Source of the DNA: Octopus bimaculoides
Lineage: Eukaryota
NCBI RefSeq assembly: GCF_001194135.2
Contig: NC_069004.1
Coordinates: 9,372,255-9,436,254 of the forward strand
Direction: 5' to 3'
DNA length: 64,000 nucleotides
In this document: piece after piece, positions 14,362 through 28,029 of the stretch
Layout of the letters: every line of letters starts with the position of its first letter
Numbering within the stretch: the first letter of the stretch is position 1
Made by a program: the position numbers and the translations under genes
The notes under the pieces: generated by a model
What the model was told of the DNA's origin: nothing
The model's input: only the letters and a program-made list of their open reading frames with translations
Databases searched by the model: none

Positions 14362-14410
<49 letters not shown>

Positions 14411-14558
14411 ATACATATATGTATGCATACACACACACACACACATATATATATATGACACACATATGTATATATATATATATAAATATATATACATCTG
14501 TATATTTTTACATATATATATGTATACATATAACACATATATATTTTTTGTATGTGTC

Positions 14559-14646
<88 letters not shown>

Positions 14647-15419
14647 AATGAGTCATGCCCACTAACATTGCTGCCATGTAACAACTCACATCAATCCATC
14701 GCCATGCAGATACACACACACGCACGCACACACACACATGTGCATGCACACTCCGCTATGCACACCCATTCTGCTCTCACTTCTACTAATCCGCTTTCTT
14801 CTCAACAACAGCTTCTTACTGTTGTTACCAATGATGAAGGCTCTGTGTTGTTTCGAGACTTGTGTAGAACGGAAGGCCTATGACACAGTCATGACAATGA
14901 GGGAAGCCTGTTTGTCTGCCTGTCTGTTTTTTGGATGTTATTTAGTGTATCTGTGTGCGTGTACGTGTGTGTGTGTGTGAGTGTATTTGTGTGGTGTATT
15001 TGTATGCTCACATTTTTGCGGATGCTTGTATGAGCAAGTGTACTCGTGCCATGCAGTTTGCCCGAGGGTGTTTATACATCCATACCTCTTAACGGTTATT
15101 TTTAATACTTTTCTCGCTGGATTGTGCAATCATTTCTCTTTTTGTCATCTGTGATTTTATTTTTGATCTTCTATATAAATGAAGATATTTCCTCCATCTG
15201 CCTGCTTTTCTCTCTACAAAACAGAAAGTTACATTGTGGAACAGTAATTTTAATAAGTTGTATTTATCTATCACCCGATGAGATACATCTGCACCACCGG
15301 ATGCTCCTGAACCAGTGGCTGAGTATCCCACCCAAGAGGAATCGATGCTAAATGTGTCGAAACAATTGTCGTGATTAATAATAAATTCTCATATATTCCA
15401 TCTTCTGTCTTTCATTTGC

Positions 15420-15456
<37 letters not shown>

Positions 15457-16668
15457 TTTTAAAATTTTTTTTAATTATTTATGCGCCCTTTCAAAACCTA
15501 GCCAGGCTCATGGGCCCAGTTTCCATGGCATATGTGTTCCCCCCAGCTGGACGGGATGCCAGTCCATCGCAGCGTTACTCAGGAAACAGGAAGAAAGAGT
15601 GAGAGAAAGTTGGGGCAAAAGAGTACAGCAGGGTTCACCACCATCCCCTGCTGGAGCCTCATGGAGCTTATTCATATATGTGATGGTATAAACACACATA
15701 CACGCTTTTACATGTGTCTGTGCGATTGCACATGAGTTTGTGCGTGTGTGTGTGTGCGTGCGTGCATGTGTAATGTATAGTGCTGCATACATCCGATATA
15801 GACAGGAATGTAAGGCTATCTTCTGGACATGGCAGGTGTATTTAATGAACAATTTAGAACTATTTACAGTTCAGTGATATCAGAGAGAAAAAAAATATGA
15901 GCTGTGGAGTAAACTGTGTAGTTTAGATATTTTCTTGAAGTAAACTGTGTTTTACTTCAAGAAGCAAAAAAACCAAAAAAAAACCACCACTGTACACAAC
16001 TATTCACAAGTTATGACTGCGTGGTTAAGAAGCTCACTTTGCAGCCACAGTTTTGGTTTCAATCCCACTGCATGGCACCTAGACCCAAGCCAAGCAATGT
16101 CTGGTGAGTGAATTTAGTAGGCAAAAACTGTGTGTGAGTTCAAATTCTTTGGGGATCGACTTTGCCCTTCATCCTTTTGAGATCGATGAAATAAGTACCA
16201 GTTATGCACTGAGGTCGATGTAATTGACTAACCGCCTCCCCCAAAGTTTAGTAGAAGAAGCTATGTGTTTGTGTATGTGTCCTTGTCTCCCCACCCCACC
16301 TGACTGTTGGTGTTGGTTTGTTCGTGTACCTGTAACTCAGTGGTTTGACAAAAGAGACTGATAGAATAAGTATTAGACTAAAATATATAAGAACTAGGGC
16401 AGCACCCCCAACATAGTCACATTCCAAATAAAGATGAATGATACTTTTCTATGCTATGCTGTGACACCACCCTGAAGGGTTTAGTTAATTAAATTTTCTA
16501 TTATAAACATATAAACTAATCTGACAGTCCTCAGTCAAACCATCCAACCCATGCCAGCATGGAAAGCGAATGTTAAAAGATGATGATGATGATATAGATA
16601 GATATATACATGTATACATACGCATATACATATAAACATATAAAGCATACATAGATGTTTGTGTGTAC

Positions 16669-16700
<32 letters not shown>

Positions 16701-16907
16701 GGAGGAGACTTTGTAGCAGTCTCTTTTGTAAGAATGAGAGTTGAAACATCTGACCATCTTCAGGAAAAAACAAACTGAATGTATTTAATCTGTTTGAAGT
16801 ATTGAGTTCTTTTTTATTGTTGATTACTATGAGTATTCATTTAGCATTCCTCTCTCCATCCATCTGTGTGGTCTACCTGCATCCCCCTCCTGTTTCAGTG
16901 TGTGCAC

Positions 16908-16962
<55 letters not shown>

Positions 16963-18233
16963 TATCTCTCTGTATCTAAATGTTCTATGTATATATGTAT
17001 AAATAATATAAGACTAGCTATCTGTCTATCTGCATATACACGTGCTTCACACATCCATATATATATATATATATATATGCATACACATACAAAGAGAGAC
17101 ATATGTATCTATATAGAGAGGGAGGAAGTAAAATGTGTCTTCTTTTACATATGCGCACACACACGTGTGTGTGTATATATATATATACATATATACTATA
17201 AACTATTTTACCTCAATATATACATACACATAACATCCAATTTAACTAACATTATTCCATTTATCTAAACACACCTGACCCAACTGAGAACTTCTGACAA
17301 AATAGCCTCCAGTGCCCCTTAGATGATTGGAAAAGGAAAAAGAATAATACTAACAAATAAATAAGATAACATAAAATATGAATAAAAAAAATGTAATAAA
17401 ACAGTAAAAAGAAAGAAAGCATGTTAGTTGGCTTTCAACCAAGAAGCTAGTTAAATGAATCCATACCCCCATGGGTTTACTAAACCATTTCAAATTCATT
17501 GCCGATATATAATAGATAATAGCTGGTCTCAGGTGATGCTAAGTTCATAAAGCTAGAAGAAAATGTTTGATATGAAGATATGTTGGTGTTGTAAGGGGCA
17601 GGAACGAGAAGGTGAGGTGTTATATCTGAGAGATTAATAACTCCATTGCTGTCATCATCATAATCGTCATCACCATCATCTCTATCATAATCATAGCTCC
17701 TGCCATTGATTAGCGAAGATTTTGTGACGTCAGTAGTTGAGGGCACAGGTGTGTTGAACTGTCGGTTAATAGTGATGATTTAATACTCCTCACCGTCGTT
17801 CTATGAAAACTTTTTGGAAAGTGTCTGAAGCGACCAGGTGTGAAGATCTGCCATCATCACACTTGTTTATTAATTTTGTGCATTTACTTATCATCATTAA
17901 CATCACTATTTACATAGTGTATATATGCATACACATTTATACATATGTGTGTGTGTGTGTGTGTATACATACATATAAATACATATACATTTATATATAT
18001 ATATATAGTAAAGTCTATTTGCCAACACAATGTGGAAGTCCTACACAATATGATGTTACTACTTTTTAACCCCAGGAAAACATCTCTTCCAGCTGGCTAC
18101 TGACACATAGTCTGCATCCATATATATATATTAATGTATATGCATTTATACCTATGTACACACACACACGCATGTGTACACATATGCATTTATATATCTG
18201 TGTGTGTGTGTATACATCTTTCTCTCTACACAT

Positions 18234-18283
<50 letters not shown>

Positions 18284-19282
18284 AGACAACTCAACATGTG
18301 TAGAAATATAAACATGCATTGCCCCATTACATACAATTGTTAGATCATCTGTTATGGGTCAATGATTACCAACATTCTACAAAACTCAGGTAAGACTCAC
18401 AATAGAGTATCAACCATAATTAATTAGAGATACAAAGCTGACGAACTGGCAGAATTGTTAACATGTCAGACAAAATGCTTAACAGAATTTCTTCTGGTTC
18501 TTTACATGCTGAGCTCAACTTAGCCTTTCATCTTTTCAGTGTAAGACAAAGTACCAGTCAGATACTGGGGATCTATGTAATCAACTATCCCCTCTCCTCA
18601 GAATTCCTGGCCTTGTGCCCAAATAAAAAAGAATTAATTAGAGATATGACCAGGAAAGTGTAAAACTTTGCATCCGTATATCTTATTGAAATCTTTAAGC
18701 TTTCTTATTTCACTGTAATACTTTTGGCAAATGGATGAACCCCACCACTTCTTTTCCTTCCACAATATGGCAACATTATTGCAAGTGTCAATCAAGGAGA
18801 TAGCAAAGTCAATAGTCTTATATTCCTCTTGTACAAAACATGTTTAATTTCATTAAATGAAATGCATTATGGAAATATCACCTGACATACATGCAAGATA
18901 TTGCATGTGACTTGTGCACAATAACAGCAGCTAAATAGTGTCAGCTAGTGCCAGGGGCAATAGGTTGGCTGTCACATGTGCACCAGTTCTAAAATGCAAT
19001 GATCTGTTTTAATAAGAACTTGGAGTAGAATTCTTCAATAGAATACAATCATTTATCAATGATCCAGATTTTTTTAAAATTTCATTTCAACCTCATTTTA
19101 TTTGCAGTGATATTGGCTGCTGTTGTGGCTGTTGTAATGGTGATAGTAATAGCTGATACAGTGGTGGTGGTCGTGGTAGTTGTTGTACTTGCTGGCATGG
19201 TTGCAGTAGTAGATATTGGCCTTATGGTAGTTAGTTGTTATGACACACGCACACACATGTACATTACATATATATATATATA

Positions 19283-19672
19283 TACTCTTTTACTTGTTTC
19301 AGTCATTTGACTGTGGCCATGCTGGAGCACCGCCTTTAGTCGAGCAAATCGACCCCAGGACTTATTCTTTGGAAGCCTAGTACTTATTCTATCGGTCTCT
19401 TTTGCCGAACCGCTAAGTTACGGGGATGTAAACACACCAGCATCGGTTGTCAAGCGATGTTGGGGGGACAAACACAGACACATATACACACACACATTTA
19501 TATATATACATATATACGACAGGCTTCTTTCAGTTTCCGTCTACCAAATCCACTCACAAGGCTTTAGTCGGCCCGAGGCTATAGTAGAAGACACTTGCCC
19601 AAGGTGCCACGCAGTGGGACTGAACCCAGAACCATGTGGTTGGTAGGCAAGCTACTTACCACACAGCCACTC
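19283..19672 (-). mobile_element. SINE family B (tRNA-like head GAGTGGCTGTGTGGTAAG, core GAGTGGATTTGGTAGACGGAAACTGAAAGAAGCC), near full length
   Basis: Other copies: 6760-7052, 20960-21540, 32345-32705, 38925-39280, 45478-45645, 50100-50262 (minus); 40800-40945, 57538-57900, 62085-62510 (plus). Confidence 0.85.
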
Positions 19673-19809
19673 ACACAAGTGTACCTACATACAAACACAT
19701 TGTATATGCATACACACACACACATTCCCAAACATATTATATACTGTAAGTACATACACACATATTCTGGGGTTTTGAGATTCTGACCTTCTGCAAATGT
19801 TATGCCTCA

Positions 19810-19845
<36 letters not shown>

Positions 19846-20324
19846 TAAATACCAAAATAAGCCAACTTTCATTTATATTAAATATTTCATCCGAGAATGT
19901 TGGAAACATGCTAGACTGCAGTCACGCAATGATCGAGAAAATTTATGAGAACAAAGTGAAAGTAATAATGCATTACAGATAAAAGCTACAGCAATTGTTA
20001 AGCAATGCCCTGGTTTAATGACTGAAGCGTAAAGGCTATTGGTAATTTAATTAAAGGATCAAAATCAGTGTGATATGTCCATTAGTCTTGGTTTAGTGAA
20101 GAAAACCAAAAAGCTCAGATCCTTTTCAGTGGATTAAAACTTGGACAAGTAGCAAGCAAAGGTGATAATGGGGAAGAATTTGGTTCAATCATTCTAACCC
20201 TTTTCATACCAATCTATCCGAGACTTCTCTGAATTATGTGATACAAACTTCTGACTTTAAAGTGGTCTGAATTAAAACTTCCCATCGCAATTTTATGTTG
20301 ATATAGGTTTCAAACACCAGCTTA

Positions 20325-20780
20325 TCATCATCATCATCATCGTTTATCGTCTGCTTTCCATGCTAGCATGAGTTGGACGATTTGACTGAGGACTGGTGAT
20401 CCAGATGGCTACACCAGGCTCCAATCTGATTTGGCAGAGTTTCTACAGCTGGATGCCCTTCCTAACGCCAACCATTCCGAGAGTGTAGTGGGTGCTTTTA
20501 CGTGCCACCAGCACGAAGGCCAGTCAGGCGGTACCGGTAACGGCCACACTCAAAATGGTGTTTTTTACGTGTCACCTGCACAGGAGCCAGTCCAAGGGCA
20601 CTGGCAACGACCTCGCTCGAATGACTTTTCACGTGCCAGGAATGCAAAGCTGTGACACAAGTGCCTGGAAGGCTATGCTGGTAACAATCATGCTCGAAAG
20701 GTGGTGCCATCACGATTTCGCTTTCGCTTGCCCCAACAGGTCTTTGCAAGCAGAGTTTAGTGTCCAATGCAGGAGACAAA
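20325..20780 (-). mobile_element. Retroposon family D with (GAT)n tail (RTE-like 3' end or derived SINE)
   Basis: (CAT)n-...-ctttccatgctagcatg...tttctacagctggatgcccttcctaacgcc block. Also at 4660-4750, 6590-6730, 8690-8885, 16505-16590, 24670-24870, 26600-26820 and 47400-47590. Confidence 0.75.
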
Positions 20781-23064
20781 GCTCCTTCCTGAGTCACATA
20801 CACTCATAGGGCTTGATCCTCTAGCATATATATACGACCCCTGGATGGGATGCCAGTCTGCTGCAGGAATACTCACTTTTTGCCAGCGGAGTGGACTGGA
20901 GCAACATGAAACAAAGTGTGTTGCTCAAGAACACAACACAGCACTCAATCAAGCAGTGACAGGGGGAAAACGCAGATATATACCTATATATACACGACAG
21001 GCTTCTTTCAGTTTCTGTCTACCAAATCCACTCACAAGGTTTTGGTCAGCATAATGTTATAGTAGAAGACATTTGTCCAAGGTGCCACACAGTGGGATTG
21101 AACCCAGAACCATGTGATTGGGAAACAAGTTTCTTACCACACAGCCATGCCTGTACCTATATATATCTTTATCTTTTATCTCTTACTTGTTTCTGTCATT
21201 AGACTGTGGCCAAGCTGAGGTACCATTTAGAAGAGTTTAAGTCAAACAAATCAACTCCACTACTTATACTATCAGTCTCTTTTACTGAATCTTAAGGTAT
21301 GGGGACAAAAACAAACCAGCACCGGTTGTCAAGCAGTAGGAAAACAAACACACTCACACACACACACATATATATTTACATATGCATGATGAGATTCTAC
21401 AGTTTTCTGTCTACCAAATTTACTCACAAGGCATTGGTGGGTCTGGGGCTATAGCAGAATACATCTGCCCAAAAGTGTTACACAGGGGCCTGAAGTCAGA
21501 ACCACGTGGTTGCAAAGCAAAATTCTTAACCATACAACCTTGTCCACACCTGTGACAGACAGACAGACAGACAGAGTTTGATTTTAAAAACCTTAAAAAT
21601 AATGACGAAAATTATAAAGCAAGAAAAAGAGATAAAAAAAAAAAAACCAAAGTAAAACACCCAAAGCATAGTTTATTGACACTGATATCATCATCATCAT
21701 CATCATCATCATCACTGCCATTGTCGTTATCATCATCATCATCATCANNNNNNNNNNNNNNNNNNNNNNNNNNNNNNNNNNNNNNNNNNNNNNNNNNNNN
21801 NNNNNNNNNNNNNNNNNNNNNNNNNNNNNNNNNNNNNNNNNNNNNNNNNNNNNNNNNNNNNNNNNNNNNNNNNNNNNNNNNNNNNNNNNNNNNNNNNNNN
21901 NNNNNNNNNNNNNNNNNNNNNNNNNNNNNNNNNNNNNNNNNNNNNNNNNNNNNNNNNNNNNNNNNNNNNNNNNNNNNNNNNNNNNNNNNNNNNNNNNNNN
22001 NNNNNNNNNNNNNNNNNNNNNNNNNNNNNNNNNNNNNNNNNNNNNNNNNNNNNNNNNNNNNNNNNNNNNNNNNNNNNNNNNNNNNNNNNNNNNNNNNNNN
22101 NNNNNNNNNNNNNNNNNNNNNNNNNNNNNNNNNNNNNNNNNNNNNNNNNNNNNNNNNNNNNNNNNNNNNNNNNNNNNNNNNNNNNNNNNNNNNNNNNNNN
22201 NNNNNNNNNNNNNNNNNNNNNNNNNNNNNNNNNNNNNNNNNNNNNNNNNNNNNNNNNNNNNNNNNNNNNNNNNNNNNNNNNNNNNNNNNNNNNNNNNNNN
22301 NNNNNNNNNNNNNNNNNNNNNNNNNNNNNNNNNNNNNNNNNNNNNNNNNNNNNNNNNNNNNNNNNNNNNNNNNNNNNNNNNNNNNNNNNNNNNNNNNNNN
22401 NNNNNNNNNNNNNNNNNNNNNNNNNNNNNNNNNNNNNNNNNNNNNNNNNNNNNNNNNNNNNNNNNNNNNNNGACAGACAAAATACTGCCAAGCATTTAGC
22501 CCAGATGCTAAGAATTCTGCAAGCTTGCTGCCTTAGGAGAATTGATAATAATAATAATAATATTAATAATAATAACAATAATACTAATAATAATAATAAT
22601 TATGGTTTCACATTTTGACACAAGGCCAGCAATTTTGAGGAAGAGGTAAGTCAATTACTCCTATATGGACCCCAATGTTCAACTGGTACTTATTTTATCA
22701 AATCCTCAAGGATGAAAGGCAAAGTCAACCTTGGCAGAATTTGAACTCAGAACGTAAAGGCAGACAAAATACCGCCAAGCATTTTAGCCCAGCGTGCTAA
22801 TAGTTCCTTCCGCTCGCTCACTGCCTTAGGAGAATTTGATGATAATAAGATTAATAATAATAATCCTTTCTATTTATAGGTTGAAGGTCTGGAATTTGTG
22901 GGGAGGGGATAGTTGATTTCATTGACCCCCTCGCCCCGACCCCAGTACTTGACTGGTACTTAATTTATCGACCCTCAAAGGATGAAAGGCAACAATGGAC
23001 TAAATGCAGCTAAGCATTTTGCTCAGTGCTAACAATTCTGCCAGCTCACTGCCTCAGGAGAATC

Positions 23065-23103
<39 letters not shown>

Positions 23104-23425
23104 TATCATTATTATTATAATATAATAATAATTATTATTATCATTATTACCATAATTATCAACAAAGGAGTTTCATCGTTTACTTTACGCATTCCCNNNN
23201 NNNNNNNNNNNNNNNNNNNNNNNNNNNNNNNNNNNNNNNNNNNNNNNNNNNNNNNNNNNNNNNNNNNNNNNNNNNNNNNNNNNNNNNNNNNNNNNNNNNN
23301 NNNNNNNNNNNNNNNNNNNNNNNNNNNNNNNNNNNNNNNNNNNNNNNNNNNNNNNNNNNNNNNNNNNNNNNNNNNNNNNNNNNNNNNNNNNNNNNNNNNN
23401 NNNNNNNNNNNNNNNNNNNNNNNNN

Positions 23426-23482
<57 letters not shown>

Positions 23483-23491
23483 GCATGTATA

Positions 23492-23523
<32 letters not shown>

Positions 23524-23738
23524 CATATATATATGTACATATTTTGATGTGGGTGTGAATATACATTGCATATATATATATGTGCGTGTTAGTATGTATA
23601 TATGTATGCAAATTTATAAATATATCTCTATATGCCTGTGTATGTAAGTGTGCGTGTGTGTATGTATACATACATACATACAGACAGAACGATGTGTTTC
23701 TTGTTTGGCCTGTTGTCACATCCACCAAAATGGCTGTG

Positions 23739-23932
23739 CTACCTTCTTTTCTCTCCTTTCTGGGTACGTTTCTTCTCGTTTTCCTTCCTCTCTTGGCGTT
23801 TGTTTTTCTGTGCTTCGCGGTCCTGTTTGTCCTTCTCCTTCTTCTTCTCGTTCTCCTGCTTCATCTTCTCCCGCATCTCTTTCTCCTGCCTCTGAATGCT
23901 GTCCCGGTTCATGTTAGCCAGCAGAGGCATCG
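23739..23932 (-). CDS. CCDC43: CCDC43 coding exon 5, C-terminal charged coiled coil (MPLLANMNRDSIQRQEKEMREK...KRQERKENEKKRTQKGEKRR*)
   Basis: The C-terminus closely matches vertebrate CCDC43 (KQERKEKEKKRTQRGERKR). U12 branch TCCTTAAC then tgtttgaaag|; TAG stop at 23741-23739. Confidence 0.92.
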
Positions 23933-24953
23933 CTTTCAAACAGTTAAGGAGTCCAAGACCGAAAAGAAATAGCAACCGGACACACGTGACCAGCGAGGGG
24001 TAGGGAGAAAGAGTAGCAGAGGTAGAAGAAGGGGAGGAAGTAAAATATAAGTTAGCAACGAGAGGTAGAGAGGGAATGGTCTGTGTATTACAGCATACGT
24101 AAGTGTTAAAGCATACCTACGCGTGAGGTCGCATGGCCCAGCGGTTAATGTGTTGCACTAACAATCATGAAATTGTGGTTTCAATTTCAGGACCAAGTGG
24201 AGTGTTGTGTTCTTGAGCAAAACACTTTGACACCCAGCATGTGGTACACTGTGCATCTGTTCAGGCAACGTCGATTTGATGGAGGAAGTGAGAGAATGTA
24301 CTGCACATGCATTTGATGACTATAAATAAATCATTTATACAGCTTGTTTAGCAAAAAACTGCAGAACCATCTTTCTCAGATGAGAGCCTACGATCACATT
24401 ACAGCTGAGTTCTACACAATTGTGTTAACTTTATTTCTATTTCTAACAAGAATACATTCTATTTTTTGTGCCAGGTAACCAGCAAACTTGAGTCAAGCAG
24501 AGTAATGTACCTTATACAATGTGTGTGTGTATACAGACGTCTCCATACCTTCTGCTTGTTTCAGTCACCAGACGGTAGCCCTGAAGGGTTTTAGTTGAAC
24601 AAATCAGCCCCATAAAGTGACAGTATGATGTCAACTTAATGTGACAGTCCCATATATGTTATGTGTGCATGTTTGCATTTTGCCAGTGCATGACAATCGT
24701 AAACAAATGTCACCGTCATACAACCAGTCATTTGTTTCCAATCTTCCATGAAAATATGTCAGGCCATAAGAAAAATTTACCTTGCTTGGAAACTGGTGAG
24801 GGTTAGCAACAGGAAGGGCACCCAACTATAGAAATCTGGTTTATGTAAGTATAGGAAAGAGGACATTAAAATGATGCTGAGAATCATGTTTGGAGGATGT
24901 GGAAATGGTAAATGGCTGAAAGTAACAAAAGAATTTATTAGAAAAAAGGATAC
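23933..24953 (-). other. CCDC43: U12-type GT-AG intron, CCDC43 intron 4
   Basis: 5'SS GTATCCTTTT at 24953-24944; branch point TCCTTAAC at 23950-23943, 10 nt before the exon. Confidence 0.88.
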
Positions 24954-25078
24954 ATGTAACTGGGTTCAAATTGTTGCTACCGGCAGCAGAAGCTGCAGGG
25001 ATCAGGTTTGCTATGTTACCTGGGACAGAAGTATTGGCTCCTGACTGAATGGGTTCCGGTTCTGATAGTTCAATTCCC
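24954..25078 (-). CDS. CCDC43: CCDC43 coding exon 4 (GIELSEPEPIQSGANTSVPGNIANLIPAASAAGSNNLNPVT linker)
   Basis: 125-nt open exon preceded by the U12 branch site TTTCCTTGAC-tatccctcag| and followed by the U12 donor T|GTATCCTTTT. Phases 2 to 1 exactly bridge exons 3 and 5. Confidence 0.85.
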
Positions 25079-25125
25079 CTGAGGGATAGTCAAGGAAACA
25101 ATTAAAAAAAAAACGAAAAAAAAAA

Positions 25126-25167
<42 letters not shown>

Positions 25168-25794
25168 TGCACATATATATATATATGCATGTATGCACAT
25201 ACAACAAGGAAAGAAAAGAGTCATAAAAAAAAAATTCAAAAACAAGTGGGGATATTAACATTTGTTTTTTTTTTGTTTAAATAACTATTTTTAACATAAG
25301 CAGAAGAAACTGGTTCCTTATTTTACCAAGCAAAGAAGGATGAAAAGCAGAGCTGACCTTAACCTGGATTGAACCATTCATCTAACAAACTGTAGGAAAA
25401 CGCCTGCCTGTTCGTCCATCCATCCTTTCTTTCCTTCCTCACCACTCACTATTCCTAGGAGGGCCACAGAGGTAGAATGCTCAGGTATCTCTGCACAAAA
25501 GCCCCATCAGAAGCAACTGCCATGGCACTTTCCTGCTGGATTTCCAAACATGACTGACACTATGGATATTATCCAACCGCATTGCTTTTGGTTCACCCCA
25601 AGGTCTCCTGCTGGTTGGCCCTGGTTTGAAGAATCTGTTTTGCAATCCTTTCCTGCAGCATTCTAACCCCATATCTGTAATATTGTGGCATCCATTGTTC
25701 AAATTAGCAAATATTGGTAGCTCGATACATTTCTAAATAAATATATATATATATATATATCATTTAACGTCCGCTTTCCATGCTAGCATGGGTT

Positions 25795-25830
<36 letters not shown>

Positions 25831-26268
25831 GTATGTATGTGTGTATTCTTTTACTTGTTTCAGTCAGAATTGAAATATGAATGGGTTGGCTATGTATGCA
25901 ATTCTGTCTTACATGCAGGTCATAGGTGGAGAAAACTGGGATGAATAAACTACAGTAACAACAAAAGCAATTCTGAACACTTGTCTGAGATTAGCGAACA
26001 GAAAGGTAGCAGCGTGCTTATGTATGGTGAGTCATCTAACCATCAAATATCGACTTCAGTCAAATATGAATTGCTTCCCTTGATCATTTGTTTTTTTTTC
26101 TATTCGATTCGTATGTGTGCGAGTGTGTAAACACACATACACAAACAAACACATACTCACACATCCATACACACATCATGACCCTCTTAATACAAATATC
26201 TCCACTACCACACACTCACTCAGACACACACACACAAAAAAGCCTCTAATACCAATTACTAAGGATAC
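25079..26268 (-). other. CCDC43: U12-type (minor spliceosome) GT-AG intron, CCDC43 intron 3
   Basis: 5'SS GTATCCTT at 26268-26261; branch point TTTCCTTGAC at 25098-25089, 10 nt before the exon. Confidence 0.85.
25470..25700 (-). mobile_element. LINE (RTE-like) C-terminal remnant within CCDC43 intron 3
   Basis: PGPTSRRPWGEPKAMRLDNI resembles the degenerate G-x-R-P-x-G-R-P-x-x-R-W-x-D end motif of LINE ORF2. Confidence 0.45.
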
Positions 26269-26434
26269 TGGTCAGCTTCATCACAGACTGTAGAGTACTG
26301 CACCAATATGGCACGTTTCTGGGCCAATTCCTCTTCACTGAGTTGTTTGGCTTTCTTCTCAGTACAACTGGTCACAACATGTGTATTAGTGAGCATTTTG
26401 GACAGCCGTTCATCCAGGGGTGTCTTGTTGGGTT
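26269..26434 (-). CDS. CCDC43: CCDC43 coding exon 3 (EPNKTPLDERLSKML...LSEEELAQKRAILVQYSTVCDEADQ)
   Basis: Acceptor tatctttcag|AA in phase 1; ends CA|GTATCCTT (U12 donor). Aligns to vertebrate VSEEEKQRKAALLAQYADVTDEED. Confidence 0.9.
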
Positions 26435-27189
26435 CTGAAAGATACATAATGCACATGTATAGAGAGAGAAACAAGCTAACAGGAGGAATGAGAATAGAGA
26501 AATAGATAGATCAATATGGTAATAGTGGGGTACATGGATGAGGTACTGGTGGGGTACATTGGTATAGAGAAATCAGTCAGTGATGTACCAGTAGGGTACA
26601 TCATCATCATTTAATGTCCCTTTATCCACGACAGCATAGGTCAGATAGAATACATTGAGACAGATTTTCTAGGGCCAGATGTCCTTCCTATTGCCAAACC
26701 TCAGCCATTTCCAAGCAAGATAATATTTCCCTATGACCAGACATGTTTTGCACAAAGGATTGGAGATGAACAACAACCTTGTTTGTACGAGAACGATGCT
26801 TATTTATAACCATCATGAGATGTCTAGACAAGGCTACACATGCACACAAAACTGAAAAAGCCCACAGTATATATATATATATAATTAAGGCTATAGAAGA
26901 GACAATATGGTCTCTTCTATGCCCTTAATTATAATTGTATTTTATACTATCCTAAATCTCTATGCAGATGCTACTTTTGTGGTAGAAAAGGTTAAAAGAG
27001 GTGAGACTATATCTTTGGATGAGGAGTAGGAATGTGTTAACGAGTGACTTTTAAGGCAATTAATACGGTGGTCTTTCTTTGGATGTGACTTACGATGTTG
27101 GGACGAAATTGTAGAAGGGGGACAACTTAGTTTCACGTGAAACCCGTATACATATTACACACATATATATTGTGTTGAGCCAAATGATT

Positions 27190-27420
27190 TTGCAATATTT
27201 GGTAACTTATTTGTATAATTCGTCGAGTTACAAACAAAAGCAGCCTCACATTTAAAGCAGAGGCCATCGTGTTGCACCGCCTGAAGCCACCTTTCTTTGA
27301 TCCCACGTTGATACCAGTTCTTGTCTCCCGAGGTGAAGAACTCCTTCACTGAATCTTCCACCTTTTTCTTTTTGTTGGTGAAGTGTTACAGGCGCAGGAA
27401 ATAAACCATGGATTGAAACA
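27190..27420 (-). mobile_element. Mariner transposase C-terminal remnant
   Basis: VEDSVKEFFTSGDKNWYQRGIKERWLQAVQHDG matches the mariner C-terminal F-x-x-K-x-x-x-W/F-Y-x-x-GI...RW pattern. Confidence 0.7.
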
Positions 27421-27544
27421 AGTAATAATCCGAGAGAAATAAGTTCAGACTATATGCTGGGTGTGACATCAGTTCAATTCCCTCAAGCTCCTGCAGTTTA
27501 TTCTGGGCAATTATGCAGTATGGGGTCGTGCTGCAGAAGAGCTC

Positions 27545-27830
27545 CCTTTCTTATTTCTTTATTGTCCACAAGGGGCTTAAACATAGAGGGGACAAACAAG
27601 GACAGACAAAGGGATTAAGTCGATTACACCGACCCCAGTGCGTAACTGGTACTTAATTTATCNNNNNNNNNNCCGACCCCAGTGCGTAACTGGTACTTAA
27701 TTTATCGACTCCGAAAGGATGAAAGGCAAAGTTGACCTCAGCGGAATTTGAACTCAGAACGTAATGGCGGACGAAATACCGCTCAGCATTTCGCCTGGTG
27801 TGCTAATGCTTCTGCCAGCTCGCCGCCTTT
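27545..27830 (-). mobile_element. Family-A SINE in CCDC43 intron 2
   Basis: Reverse complement of the 41425 copy; interrupted by a 10-N gap. Confidence 0.8.
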
Positions 27831-28029
27831 GAAAGTGAGAAGAGCTCACTTTCTATTAACCAATGTCAGGTATTTTTGTCATACAATGGCATACATTGAC
27901 TCTAGCTGTAAGGAGTAACAAGCTGGCATCAATAGCTCAACCATCGAAATGAACTCATAGTGAATTATCCCCTCAAAATTTCCACCAGATGCAGAGCATC
28001 ACCTTGTGTTTGAAATGCCCAGGTTTAGA

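Noticed and set aside
12859-14883. Long ORFs rich in IY/VC/TH dipeptides or X
   Set aside because: These are (AT)n/(GT)n microsatellites and N gaps. The same applies to most entries in the ORF track.
27638-27707. Tandem duplicate ccgaccccagtgcgtaactggtacttaattta
   Set aside because: The copies sit on either side of a 10-N gap, so this is probably unmerged contig overlap.
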